Below, in pieces: positions 52,001 through 63,759 of a DNA stretch of 64,000 nt (the first letter of the stretch is position 1; each line of letters begins with the position of its first letter). This DNA comes from Phoronis australis (taxonomy: Eukaryota > Animalia > Phoronida): the NCBI GenBank assembly GCA_002633005.1, contig NMRA01000227.1, positions 76,748-140,747 of the forward strand, read 5' to 3'. Made by a program: the position numbers and the translations under genes. A model generated the notes under the pieces. The model saw only the letters and a program-made list of their open reading frames with translations, was not told the DNA's origin and ran no database searches.

Positions 52001-55000
52001 AATTTTATTTTATTCTATCTTTGAAAAACATTCTTGAGATTATGATTTTAGAACACAAAATAAACAAATTAAATGAGCCATAATACGGATTGAATTTCAA
52101 ATTTATTTGTTAAATGAACCAATCAACAACATTTTCAAGGTGACCACAAATTGACGTTAACACATCCAATTTTTTGTAAAAAAGCATTTAAATTATTTCA
52201 CTTATTACAAAAAGTCAGATACCAAATTAACACTAACTTGAACCTCCCTCTAGTGGCATATCTAAACACAAGATGCGATAACTCTCATCTGCCAGGTTGA
52301 AGAACGTTTCCTCAAACAATATACGCACTGTCTTCACTTCTTTGAAGCCTTCCCCACAAGTGATAGAATTGGCTTGGATGGTCACTTTCTACAATGGGAG
52401 TTTACACTGATAAGCTGAGTGTTATACATGGGCCATGTATAGCCAGGAAACTATTATGACTGTTAGCGTATGGTTATCGATAACATGGAAACTATTAATT
52501 GTCAAGAATATTAGTGCTAGGACATCCGACACGAAAAGTCTTATCAAGCAATTTATGTCCTGCTTTCACTCATTTCTATGGCAACCATCTTACTTTGTTG
52601 TTTTCATTATATTTCCTACTGAATCACCTCCTCTAACAAATTGGTGTAATTAATTTCAAGTCTACAGGCCTACCAACAGCTTTTCACAAAGAGTAGGAAA
52701 AAGGAAGAAAGTCACATCACAAAAAGTAAGAAAGGCACGTCACAAAAAAGTAGCAAAAAGCTTATTTGCAAGTTGACTTTGTGAAACTGCATTCCATAAA
52801 AACTTCAATTGGGTTATACCCCAACATTATAACCTTGAAAGAAATTGCAATGCAAACATACATAAAAGACTGAATGAATGAAAATATGACTTTAGGTATT
52901 CATGAAATAAGGAATATCCTATTAACAACCAAAAATTATCCAAACAATTCCAGACAATTTCTATCTTCTTCCTTTATTTCAGTGGCTGAACGACACAACA
53001 CAAGACCAGCTAAAAAAAAGCGGGAAAAAATGAAGTAAATAAATTATCTTTTGGTACCTATGAACAGAAACCCTCCAGCAAACAATTATTTTATGAAGCA
53101 TCATCTTACCCTGAACGTCTACTGAGCTAAGTCTCACAATCATCATCTTACCCTGAACGTCTACTGAGCTAAGTCTCACAATCATCATCTTACCCCGAAC
53201 GTCTACTGAGCTAAGTCTCACAATCATCATCTTACCCCGAACGTCTACTGAGCTAAGTTTCACAATCATAATCTTACCCCGAACATCTACTGAGCTAAGT
53301 CTCACAATCATCATCTTACCCCGAACGTCTACTGAGCTAAGTCTCACAATCATCATCTTACCCTGAACATCTACTGAGCTACAAGTCACACAAACATCAC
53401 GTTACCCCGAATGTCCACAGCCAGCAATCAGCACACCGCATCTCAGTTACAATATGCTCATTGTATGTTTGTATAATTTACTACATATATTCAAAAAGAA
53501 ACTACAGAGTCAAAATAACCAAAACAGTGAAATAACTACTTAACTGATAGTTTCTTTATAAGCGTAATAAGGGTCTTTTAACATACTTTAAAGTTACCTT
53601 ATTACTCAGTGTCCTGTAACATTCATCCTCATCACTTGCTTGGAGAATGTGATTCATGAAGTCCTCATCATCGTAACTGTACTTGCCTAATGATGACGTA
53701 CAAGGGACACAAATCTAGAAAAAAAGGACGATTCATGAGAAGAAAAACAAAGTAATTTTCAAAAACTTCACAATTACCTACCTTCAATAAATCATAATCA
53801 TAACATGTTCACACTTGGCCATGCTAGGGAGACATGTCGCCAGGGGGACATGTCACTAGTTGTTTTACTTTGCATTCTTGTATGGTCATGTAGGGTCTTA
53901 TCAACAAGTCTGCGCACTCAGTCAAATATTAAGAAAACCAAAGAAATTAACTCCACGAAAATGTATGTTGTCTGAAATTAAAAAGCCTGTGGATTTTGAT
54001 TTTTAACGAAATACCAAACTTCAGGAAAAACAAAACGGTTCAGAAGCGCCATCATCAACAAAGGCAAATGTTTTTTAGAACATCACTTCATTATTCAAAG
54101 GACCCAAATTTTGAGTTTTGCATAAACATCAAAGAGTGCCGTTTCTAATGACGTAATGCAAAAGACGAACATTTTGAAAACAACTCCCAACAGCGTTTTG
54201 GAGAACAACACAAAAAGCATAGTACAGTAAAACTCACAGAGTCAGTTTCAAGAGAAATGTGCGATTTCAAGCATGAATAGTGAAATCCGAAAGAAGAGTC
54301 CATGAACTATCAGAACCGTAATGCTGAACTTTGTGCAAGATACGTGAAAATCTGACTTATGCACGACTGGCTTACGCAAATTTTACTGTATCTGAAAGTT
54401 TTGACATGAACCCATTCAGCCATTTCTGAGATATGTTGATATGTTCCAAATAAACTAATTTGTATTTTTTGTATTTCCCTACATAACCTCAACTATTTGC
54501 ATTTCAAGCATTACATTAAGATGAAACTGATTTAATCATGCACACAAGCTGTATCTAGACAACATAATCAGTGGCGGATCTAGGATATCATAAGGGGGGC
54601 CCCAAAATTAGCATGGGCGCACCCACCCTAAAATATAGGGAGACCGTCCGGATTTTCGAAGATGTGGACTAAAAAAATAAAATAAAAAACAGGAAACTGG
54701 TTGCACAAAAGCACGCATTTTTAAATTTTATTTCAGCCACATGTTTAGTTAATAAACTCAACATTTCCTCGCGCTCTAGCTGTTTTATTTTTTTCCGCCT
54801 ATGATACGCTATTTTATTTTTTCTGCCTATGATACTCGTGATCCAAACCATTCTTTTAAATTTTTTGGGATGCTCAACGGTAGTCAGTGCATGTGTGCTA
54901 ATTTTGCTTGCTAGTGAAATTACAGGCTAACAAGTGTAAATTCTGTTATTTAGGCAACTTGAATGCATACCATCCATCGGTTAAACATAGCCATTTCATA

Positions 55001-55078
55001 CAGCTCCTTTTCTTTTTGCTGCAGAGTGAGAAAGAAGCGATTTTCAGAGATATCCTCATCGTAATGGTAGGCTTCCAT
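25972..55078 (-). CDS. ANKRD27: Ankyrin repeat domain-containing protein 27 (VARP; VPS9-domain Rab21 GEF and retromer-binding protein)
   Basis: 22 phase-consistent GT-AG coding exons: 55078-54971 (MEAYHYDEDISENRFF), 53714-53598, 52388-52238 (ILFEETFFN), 51962-51885, 50613-50522 (SLRHHI), 49097-49038, 48176-48120, 47741-47599, 44963-44833, 44579-44435 (VPS9, SDDLLPILVFLVVK), 42790-42709, 41075-40995, 40126-39937 (CHPLCSCDNC), 38495-38356, 34303-34211, 33616-33369, 33118-32949, 32477-32338 (CHPLCQCDKC), 30072-29758, 28918-28760, 28091-27989, 27224-25972. Domain order matches vertebrate VARP. Confidence 0.95.
26531..26875 (-). repeat. Coding tandem repeat, 114 bp (38 aa) x3, in the ANKRD27 last exon
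   Basis: SETIPEVSDQPCSSSEHGQSKNVNLPPEVEMPEQVLSC repeated three times nearly identically. Confidence 0.95.
29132..29377. mobile_element. PIF/Harbinger-type MITE
   Basis: TIR GGGCCCACTCCAAGAAA / TTTCTTGGAATGGGCCC with a 3-bp CAG duplication. Confidence 0.7.
30464..31495 (+). mobile_element. Helentron-type (HINE-like) repeat, copy 2
   Basis: AACAAGAG 5' end, the same internal cores, degenerate 3' hairpin at ~31460-31495. A further partial copy precedes it from ~30133. Confidence 0.65.
32555..32740. repeat. ~31-bp intronic minisatellite
   Basis: Unit CTAGTGAACCCACCACTCAACTAATGACCAG, ~6 copies. Confidence 0.9.
34005..34250 (-). repeat. ~90-bp tandem triplication of an ANKRD27 exon 3' end plus its splice donor
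   Basis: Exon end CATCTGGCCTCTAGCCATGGCCATGAGGAG|GTTAGT (donor 34210) has diverged copies with donors at 34121 and 34031. Confidence 0.85.
34974..36479 (+). mobile_element. Helentron-type (HINE-like) repeat, copy 3, with ~3 internal tandem cores
   Basis: 5' ATGCGCCCAC matches 3' GTGGGCGCAT; terminal hairpin ATGCACCCACATATAAATATGTGGGCGCAT-AAAA. Confidence 0.75.
36597..37196. mobile_element. piggyBac-type MITE
   Basis: TTAA|CCCTTATCCTGC ... GCAGGATAAGGG|TTAA. Confidence 0.85.
37400..38224 (+). mobile_element. Helentron-type (HINE-like) repeat, divergent copy 4
   Basis: AACAAGA 5' end, GGACAACT microrepeat, degenerate 3' hairpin plus A-run. Confidence 0.6.
38565..39240. mobile_element. Kolobok-type MITE
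   Basis: TTAA|GGTAATTGTCAAT ... ATTGACAATTACC|TTAA; 13-bp perfect TIR with RR...YY termini. Confidence 0.8.
42901..43122. repeat. (CAG)n microsatellite interrupted by CAT/AAG, intronic
   Basis: About 74 triplets, ~110 bp upstream of an ANKRD27 acceptor (42790). Confidence 0.95.
45197..45878. repeat. 31-bp minisatellite, ~22 copies, intronic
   Basis: Unit AGGCCATGCTGGGCTCATGAACTAAGTCACC, head-to-tail with no spacers. Confidence 0.95.
49293..49663. mobile_element. PIF/Harbinger-type MITE
   Basis: TGA|AGCCACATTTACA ... TGTAAATGTGGCT|TGA. Confidence 0.75.
49742..49924. repeat. Short-unit minisatellite
   Basis: Unit CTTGTCTAAGGGTTATGAAGGAC, ~8 copies. Confidence 0.92.
50838..51337. repeat. Variable-length minisatellite
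   Basis: Core GTAGTCACRWGGGACATTCACTCCA with short variable linkers. Confidence 0.9.
51692..51891 (-). repeat. 41-bp minisatellite carrying the ANKRD27 exon 4 donor (5 donor copies)
   Basis: CATGGAG|GTATGT at 51884 (native), 51802, 51761 and 51720, and CATGCAG|GTATGT at 51843. Confidence 0.92.
53098..53412. repeat. 42-bp minisatellite, ~7 copies, intronic
   Basis: Unit ATCATCATCTTACCCCGAACGTCTACTGAGCTAAGTCTCACA. Confidence 0.93.
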
Positions 55079-56301
55079 CTTTCCAGTCTACTTCCTACTG
55101 TCAACTAATGGCATTCAGTTCCTCGTTATAGTTAACACAGTTCACTTAATCAGCACTCCACATTGACATCATCATTGCAATTAAATGTATCACTGCAGTC
55201 ATAAATTACATTATTTACATAGTAATTATGACCTAAAAAGTGGTGATGATTTAGGCATGCCATTTCAGATATGGTCATACCCTTAGCAGACCAAGTTAGG
55301 CCACTAGTGGACAAGCATGTACAAGTTCATTTGACATCCTGGATCAGTCATCTGATTCATGTCTTTTAAACCAGGGCCTAGCCTAAGTCGGCCAACCATC
55401 TGACGGTCATTCACAACAGAGAAACAAATCACTCGGTTATTTAAATAATGTAAAAAGACCAATAATCAGCCAGAAAGCTAATTTGGTGACCTGGAACGAA
55501 AAAACCACACACAAAAACCGATAAACGATCGGCGAAATGCGAAAGAAAACGCAAACATCAACTGGGTTGCAACTGGTTTGCTGTGCACATTGAACCTTTC
55601 ACTAGGTGGCGCTCAAAACATTGCTAAAGATGTAAGTAAAAGCCAGAGATTTTTCAAAAATTCAATTATTCGTTACTTACTTGCTATCTTTAATTAAGTA
55701 CCCATAACAGCCAGCAGTTAAATATAATGGCGAATTTAAAACCATTTTAAAAGACCAGTTCCAGAAAATGTTAGTGGATCGTTAAATGACCTTCACTTTT
55801 ATTAAGATACGTCACACAAACTACGAGTAAAGGAAGTGCTAGTGTTTTGCTCCTGAGAACTTTTCTGTTTGGTGTTTCAGTCTAACAGTTCTGGTGCGTA
55901 AGTGTTTTGTACACATGTTTCTGCCTGTCCACCAGAGTTTTTACCGTATTTCATTTAAAGCTGCAAATTGAAAACTCTCTCGGTGTTGGCTGGGCCAGTG
56001 ACAGTGTGGTACACACACACTGGCCGTGACTGTGACTGTGTAATGTGTGTTTGAGCGTGAATTTCCGGTTCTTGCAGGTATAGAACCTCTCTGATTCACT
56101 TACGAGGTGGCAATTGCGTCTTGGTCAAGGGAATTTAAACATGTTCATCATATTCACAACTCTCCTCTCGGCCTGGAGAGTGTTGTTGCAGCCCAAACTG
56201 TGACTGTTGTATATACAGTGTCACTGACACCGACTAGTAGTGACCGTCGGCGACGGTCACTACTAGTGCTACTAGTCAGTAGTTGATTAGTACTACTAGT
56301 A

Positions 56302-57509
56302 GGGAGGACAACGTTTTTTTATTTTTTTTTACAATACCCATGTGTCGTACATTTTTGAAAAGCCCTTGGTGTGAGAAATGAAATGGTGCAAAAATCAGAA
56401 AAATTGGATGAGCGGTTGACGAGAAAATGGCCGTTGAAACGCGACGATTATGCGTAAAATATCTGCCTTTTTACATAATTTCGTAAAAAATAAAAGAATA
56501 TACATGTGCTGCATATAAAAAGATTCGTCTAATTGAGACAAACATGGTGGTGTGTATTATATAAAATTTGGATAGATTTCTACAGAGATATTGCTGTTTA
56601 AGTGTGTTGTTAGCATATAAAACAGGCTCATCATGTTTGATGAAAACAATGGATTACACAGCTTAAAAGGTAAAGAGCAAAGACACCACATCAGCTCAGA
56701 AATAAATACATCTGAGCTAGGAGGAAATTTCACATCAAATCACAAGATCACATTGGTGGATTTGGGGGAGGGGGCAAGGGGGCCTGGCCCGTGGCCCCCC
56801 CTAAAACTCCCATATTTTATTTGGCAGTTTGAGGGTGCAAATATCTTACAGATAAAATCTTGCGCAATACTCTGCCCTGCCCCCTCCTATCTAAAAATCC
56901 TAGATCTGCCCCTGAATACTACTACATGGGCAACACATCATTGCCTGACAGTGACAGGGGGCTGGGGGAGGCTATAGCTAGTCCCCACTTTTTTCAGTGC
57001 TGGGTGCCACCCATGTACTATTAGATCGTATCATGGCAAAAAAACATCAGAAAGTAGACAAAAGACCATTTGGGAAAACAAATCACTCTTAACATAAAGG
57101 ATTTCATCATTTACGCAACAAAAACTTTGTAACAGCTTTATTTCGAACGGTGAAGTTGCGATGCCATTGAACTTCAACGTAGCCGATGGTGGCGCTGACA
57201 TGCGGCGACTTAGTGAACTAACGACTGCTGTTTGAAAAATGCCANGATAGGAGGAACAAGAGGTACTTTTTCGAAAGTTGATCGCATGGCGGAAAATCAT
57301 GCGCTAAAAAAAGCTTACAAAAAATGATTTATCAGCGCTAATTTCAGACAAAAAGATTAAAAACTTACAAATAAAGACTAAGGTAACGATTTATAACACA
57401 AAATAGTCTTATAGTTACCTTTGAAGTCTGAAATCGGGTAATTTACCAACATGGGTTTTACACGGAGGCAGATATGGAGCACCGTGACCTACTTTTTGAT
57501 TGTCCTCCC
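56302..57509. mobile_element. Putative TA-flanked non-autonomous DNA element
   Basis: TA|GGGAGGACAA ... TTGTCCTCCC|TA, 10-bp TIR, set in ACTAGT-rich flanks. Confidence 0.55.
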
Positions 57510-57554
57510 TACTACTAGTAGTAGTACTAGTAGTAGAAACGGTAAAGCTGCTGT

Positions 57555-58455
57555 AGGACCTTCGTATGCCAGAAGATTTTTGATGAATTATGCCTCACAC
57601 TGACTAAAACACCAAAGTCACATTGTAATAAGTATCTTTTGCCCATAGAGGGACACCTTAGGAAGCCTTCGTCCATCTCAAACAAATAGTCCCATAATTT
57701 CTTCAAACAGTCCTTCGCTCAGTTCTCAAAATCAGAAAGTGGCCATTTTTACACAGTGCATGCCAGGGGATATGACGTCATACCACCTGCTATGTGCAGT
57801 GTTAAAAATGGACATCGACGGCCTTCTAAGGTGTCCCTCTATGCACTATTTTTTAATCACTATGAGGTAAAATTTGCTGAAAAGCTTCCACCGCATGAAG
57901 CCCCTATAGGAGTTTCACCATCTGTAGTTCTAACTAGAGAAGGTGGTCACTGTCTACCTATACTGATGCCTGCGTCAAAATAATTTGGCGCACTTCAATT
58001 TGGCGCGATTGGGGAGCTATTTCTAATGCCTGTGCCAAACTGAAGCTACTGTAAGCTCCCAAATTACTGCTAGTGATTTATAGGGATTTTTAACGGTTAT
58101 TAATCAGAACTGAAATTGATGACAATAAGTGCAGGGTGGTGTGTAATAGTTTCTCTGGACTCACTTCCCCATGTGATTAGTGCTTATGACCTGGATACCT
58201 GAGCACTCATTGTTGTCAATTTCAGTTCTGATGACTGTTAAAAATCCTATAAACCACTGGCAGTAATCTGAGAACTTACGGTAGCTTCAGTTTGGTGCAG
58301 GCATCAATTTAGCTCACCAACTTGCGCCAAATTAGTTTAGCACAGACATCAGTTTGGGCTGTATCAGTGCTACCATCTCAACTAACAGTAGAGATGGTGG
58401 CCATCCCTTAGGCCCTTCATACGCTGGAAGCTTTTTGGACGAATTATGCCTCAGA
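57555..58455. mobile_element. Cluster of foldback MITEs
   Basis: Long imperfect inverted arms at ~57865-58130 and ~58200-58452. The segment 57555-57670 is a reverse-complement relative of 1490-1610. Confidence 0.7.
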
Positions 58456-59906
58456 TGGATTAAAGGTTCTAAGTCACTTTGCTATAATGGAATGCCAACT
58501 CTGATCTTGCGGCGGCTGAGATTGTGCCTCGCATGACTGAGAGTTGTTTGCATTCGTTTGCTCTGGTGTGTGTACTTGATATGGAATTTACTGTCATAAA
58601 ACTTTTCGCAACTCCGCTGTTTTATAACTGAATTGCATAAGAGCTCTATTATTAGAAATCCCTTTGTCAGTTCTTGATGATTGTACCAGAAGCAAAAGAT
58701 AAATAATTTAATTCATAAGGAATTATCATTTCGCATGACTGACTGCTTTAAAAATATTTTTTAATTCCCTCTCACACGTGCTGTGGATAATTTAGTCAGA
58801 CATTCATCCAAAATTATATACCTTTATATATTATAATTAATTGGTGCCATTCGATACAATTCAGTAAAAATTAAGAATGCAGTCATTTACGAAAAGTGCG
58901 ATTAACTACTCCAAGTAGCTATCCAATATTTGCAGATTAAGGTTTTCTGATATATAAAATGTGGGCAAACATCACGTAGCTTTGAAATGTACTGTGGATA
59001 GGTCATCACAAAGGCTGCAGTGTAAGACGTCTTATAAAAGTGTAGAAATTAATTTTCTTCAGAAAGTAAAAGTTAGTAATTCTGATGCATATAATGTATG
59101 TATGTTACCGAGAACAAGAGATCTTGGAACACATTTTCATGATATGTTATGTAAAAGAAAGTGGACTGTAGTTTTATGCTAAAAGGCATTTTGAACTTAT
59201 AGTTCTGAATGTGTGGTACAAACAGGCCTTCATGCAGCGTACGTCCTGGGCGTCCATTTGGACGCCCTAGCACTAATGTGGACACTCTGGCAAGGACGCC
59301 CAATGTATCATTTGGACGCCCTGTCAATCAGAATTTCTCCAGTTTGGACACCCACATTGTAAGATTACTAAGACTCCCAGTTAATCGAAGAGAGAAGGTG
59401 GCCCTTTCAACTCAGAAAGAAATATACAATGTATTTCAAATGTTGCAATGTTCAAACTATTTTCAAAGTGTTTGGTAGACCTGTCAATCATTAGCACCTG
59501 TTTGGTTGCCAGAGTGTCTGCTTTCAGTACACTCATGTGCCACCGCAATTCTGTACTTTATATAGGGACATGGACCTTGCTCAACTCCAAACTGGTGTTT
59601 CAGAGCTGTAGTTTCATCTACTTCATCTTTTTTTGAAAACACCAAAAGCGAAATAAATGTCATTATTTTAATAATATGATGTGCCGCAAGAATATCCCCA
59701 TTTAAAATGTTTGAGTTTTCGCCCGTTTCATGCTTTTGTATGTGCGTCTAAAATGGAGCAGCAGTGACACCTGTTGCCAAAATATAAACCACACATCATC
59801 TGTGCATTTTTCTTTTGTTGGTAACTGCAGCTTTGATGACTCATTGTACAGAATATAAAGCTAGTGAAGTTGATATAATAAACTTTATAACAGAATTTGA
59901 CTTGAG

Positions 59907-60626
59907 NNNNNNNNNNNNNNNNNNNNNNNNNNNNNNNNNNNNNNNNNNNNNNNNNNNNNNNNNNNNNNNNNNNNNNNNNNNNNNNNNNNNNNNNNNNNNN
60001 NNNNNNNNNNNNNNNNNNNNNNNNNNNNNNNNNNNNNNNNNNNNNNNNNNNNNNNNNNNNNNNNNNNNNNNNNNNNNNNNNNNNNNNNNNNNNNNNNNNN
60101 NNNNNNNNNNNNNNNNNNNNNNNNNNNNNNNNNNNNNNNNNNNNNNNNNNNNNNNNNNNNNNNNNNNNNNNNNNNNNNNNNNNNNNNNNNNNNNNNNNNN
60201 NNNNNNNNNNNNNNNNNNNNNNNNNNNNNNNNNNNNNNNNNNNNNNNNNNNNNNNNNNNNNNNNNNNNNNNNNNNNNNNNNNNNNNNNNNNNNNNNNNNN
60301 NNNNNNNNNNNNNNNNNNNNNNNNNNNNNNNNNNNNNNNNNNNNNNNNNNNNNNNNNNNNNNNNNNNNNNNNNNNNNNNNNNNNNNNNNNNNNNNNNNNN
60401 NNNNNNNNNNNNNNNNNNNNNNNNNNNNNNNNNNNNNNNNNNNNNNNNNNNNNNNNNNNNNNNNNNNNNNNNNNNNNNNNNNNNNNNNNNNNNNNNNNNN
60501 NNNNNNNNNNNNNNNNNNNNNNNNNNNNNNNNNNNNNNNNNNNNNNNNNNNNNNNNNNNNNNNNNNNNNNNNNNNNNNNNNNNNNNNNNNNNNNNNNNNN
60601 NNNNNNNNNNNNNNNNNNNNNNNNNG
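59907..60626. other. Assembly gap (N run)
   Basis: About 720 consecutive N. Confidence 0.99.
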
Positions 60627-61726
60627 CGATCATCTGATATTCAAGTTTTTACGCCCCGTCGGTGCTCCTTAATTATGCTCTTGAATATTTGGAAATTGTC
60701 TTAACCCCTGTATACACACCACACTTTTTCGTATACGACTTTTCGTATGCTAAAAAAGGTGTGTGTAAGCAGATGTTCCAACAAAAATTTTTGCTGGTGG
60801 CGTGACTCATACCCAGATGCACACAATATGGTTTCACGTTCATGTGACGAAATCGAGAAGGGTTTTTAATTATCTTAAGAAAAACTCCAGAGACATGTTA
60901 AGTGCCAGAAACTTACCAGGGTGCATGGAAATTTCACTATTTGGCTACAAAAACAAAAAAATATCTTACTCGGGAGGGGAAACCCCCCTCCCGACCTCCC
61001 CACGCTCGGCGCCACGCGCCTAGGATTCGACCTTGGCGGGAATCCTAAACCCCCTCCTTGGTGAAAACGTAGATCCGCCACTGAATCCTGTAGGGTACTC
61101 CTACAGAGGAAGTAAACAGGATGCGTCATTTGGAAGGGTGACTTTCTCACGACCAGTTTCTATGAAAGAGCGTCTTTTGTGACAAAATTCTGCAAGAAAG
61201 CTAAAAGCTACATAGAGGTTTCCTTTTTCAAACTATATTTTGCAGAATTCAGGATTCATTTTTAATACAGATCTGCACTTAAAACTTGTTGCAACATGTC
61301 ATCTCTTTTTGTACTATTTCAGACTTAATGGGGTAAAAACTTAATCAGTCTTAGAATCCCCTTTGAATGGGGTATGCAAGTGGAATTATGTGTTGTGTTT
61401 CTGAAACAAAGCCCATCAAAAGGGTGTCTGCTCAGTTGAAAACTCCATGTAAATGGGACTCTTTTTGTGTCCACTCTCTAAATGGATGGGTATCCTAAAT
61501 TTCCAGCCTCAGCAAAAAGAGAGTCAAGTACCCTGAGATTTTGAATAACTAGTATAAGAAATTATTAATATCTTGAAATGAAGTATTATTATTGTATAGC
61601 TCCAGTGTCATTTTGTTGATACTGTTAAAGCCTTTCATCAATGAATTTTTTGTTTTTATGTATTGAGCAATCTAGATTCATTTGTTGTTTTCGCAATGTT
61701 TTAGCAAACACACAGAAATTTTATTA

Positions 61727-62443
61727 CCATATTTGCCCTAAAAAGCGCCCATGCCCCTATAAGCGCCCCCCACGCATTTTCAGACTTTGCTAAAATAAGC
61801 GCGCAGTCCATGAAAGCCGTGTACATGCGAAAAATGCCTTACCTACAGTTCTAAAATTCTACAGCAGTGTCTTCAATTCATCAGTAAGAACCGACAGTTC
61901 TGAAAAAAATCACTTTGCGCTGAATTTGTAGACCACGAGTCTCGCCACTATGTCGGTATTTAGCCGTGACTATACACCTCGAACTTCCGCTGTGCTTCAA
62001 AAAGAACGCAAGCGCGAATCGAAGACTTATAAAAACTTGAACTTAATAAGCTGTTTATCCCGACTTTACATGGATGCTATTTTGAAAACTTTATTCAGGT
62101 AATTTGTTGAGTCAAAACTATATTTTTATTACAAGAATTCAAGTTGACTTATCAGCGATTGCGAGGCAGCGACGCATCAGTCGGCAATTTTTTTTGGCAG
62201 TGGGCTTTTCTGAAAAATGCTTGTAATTAAACTACAAAGTTTGATAGCAATGCACTGGAATTTTGTAGATACTCTGTCATATTTTACAGATGCGTCACGG
62301 CGTAAATTTGATGAATTCTAGCTTACGATTTCACCTGTTTCGAAGACCGGGTTTGAACCACTTTTGGGTTTTAATAAGTGCCGTCCCCTCTTCCTGAAGC
62401 GGTTTTTTCTAAGTGCCCTGGGCGCTTATTAGGGAAAATACGG
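61727..62443. mobile_element. Tc1/mariner-pogo type MITE
   Basis: TA|CCATATTTGCCCTAAAAAGCGCCCA ... TGGGCGCTTATTAGGGAAAATACGG|TA, with subterminal TAAGCGCC repeats. Confidence 0.85.
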
Positions 62444-62667
62444 TAGTTACATTAGTGTAAGGATGTCAACTCATACGTAGAGTTTTTTTTCGCACCATAT
62501 TGCCTTATTGCAAGAAGTCAAAGTGTTAGGTATTTGTGATTTTGAATTGAATACCATTGTGCAATAAATTATTGAATTTCACTGGGTAGGGGATAAATGT
62601 GGTCAGATTGGTGCTCTTGACATATTATAAGAATGAAATGTACATGTACTGTGTGGCAGTTGAAATT

Positions 62668-62757
62668 TGGCTTAACATCGTTGCTTATTGCAGCTGGCCT
62701 TAACATCGTTGCTTATTGCAGCTGGCCTTAACATCGTTGCTTATTGCAGCTGGCCTT
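62668..62757 (+). repeat. 28-bp tandem triplication of the RNF185 3' splice site
   Basis: CTTAACATCGTTGCTTATTGCAG|CTGGC three times; AGs end at 62693, 62721 and 62749. Confidence 0.95.
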
Positions 62758-63759
62758 GTCTTCACCAATGGTTAGAGACACGTCCCAACAAGCAGATGTG
62801 TCCTGTATGTAAAGCTGGAATAAGTAAAGACAAAGTTATACCCCTTTATGGTAGGGGCAACACAAAGCAGCAAGATCCCAGAGAAAAATTACCTCCACGG
62901 CCACAGGGACAGAGAAGTGAACCAGAGAATAATATGGTGAGTGGTTAATTGACTGGTAATGTTTAAAGTGGAGCAACTGTTTTTGATGTCTCTTTTGCTT
63001 GAAATATAAATGACTGGTTAACTTTGAAATGCATTTGTCAGTGCCAGTTACTGTTTCTCTTATCCTCTGCAGATGTGCATGCAATAACAGAAAAGTCTGT
63101 GTAAAGTGTTACAATTCTGAGAGAAAAGTTATGTGTGATAGTTTTACTAGTTTGTGCAGACACTTATATGGTTCCACGATAATCGAATATGTGTGATGTT
63201 TTGTAATTTGTGGTGTGAAATAAGTGTGATGTTTAATTATTTTGTTGTAAGAAAACTATCATGATAGAATCTCACGAATTTTGTACAAAAATAATGTTGA
63301 CCAATTAATAAGTTGATTTTTTATTTTTCAATGACTTCTAACATATTTATGAATGCCCATAATTTTTCAGAATCATTGTCTGATGGTAGTCATGGTGATC
63401 ATTGTCTGGTGGTAGTCATGGTGATCATTGTCTGGTGGTAGTCATGGTGGAGATCTTAAAAATTGTTCTTGAATTGATTTTGTGCTCGTTATCATTAATG
63501 AAAAAATTAAGAAATAAAATTTCACTCTCGACCATATTGTGTCCTACATTGGCGATACATATTCTTGAGTAGATTTAAAAGTTGAGCATTTTAAATGTTT
63601 ATATTGCCATAAATTAAACCGCAGGAATTTCCTTGTAGAATTTTGGAGGGTTTGGATTTGGTGATGGCGGTTTCCAGATGTCCTTTGGTATTGGTGCATT
63701 CCCGTTTGGTTTCATTGGTTCATCACTTAATCTTAATGGTGCAGGACGACCCGCTGCTC
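62750..63759 (+). CDS. RNF185: E3 ubiquitin ligase RNF185/RNF5 family, partial (two internal exons)
   Basis: Exon 62750-62936 encodes [36 protein letters not shown]...[18 protein letters not shown]. Exon 63639-63759 encodes [21 protein letters not shown]. The upstream RING half was not found (probably in the gap) and the 3' end lies beyond the window. Confidence 0.93.

Noticed and set aside
52979-53389. 136-aa repetitive ORF as an ANKRD27 exon
   Set aside because: It is a 42-bp minisatellite; the flanking exons join in phase without it.
56104-56165. First coding exon of ANKRD27 (EYDEH-like word)
   Set aside because: An in-frame stop follows, and the true N-terminus matches at 55078-54971. 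It may be a 5'UTR exon.
59728-60672. Long ORFs of 301 and 285 aa
   Set aside because: Artefacts of translating the N gap.
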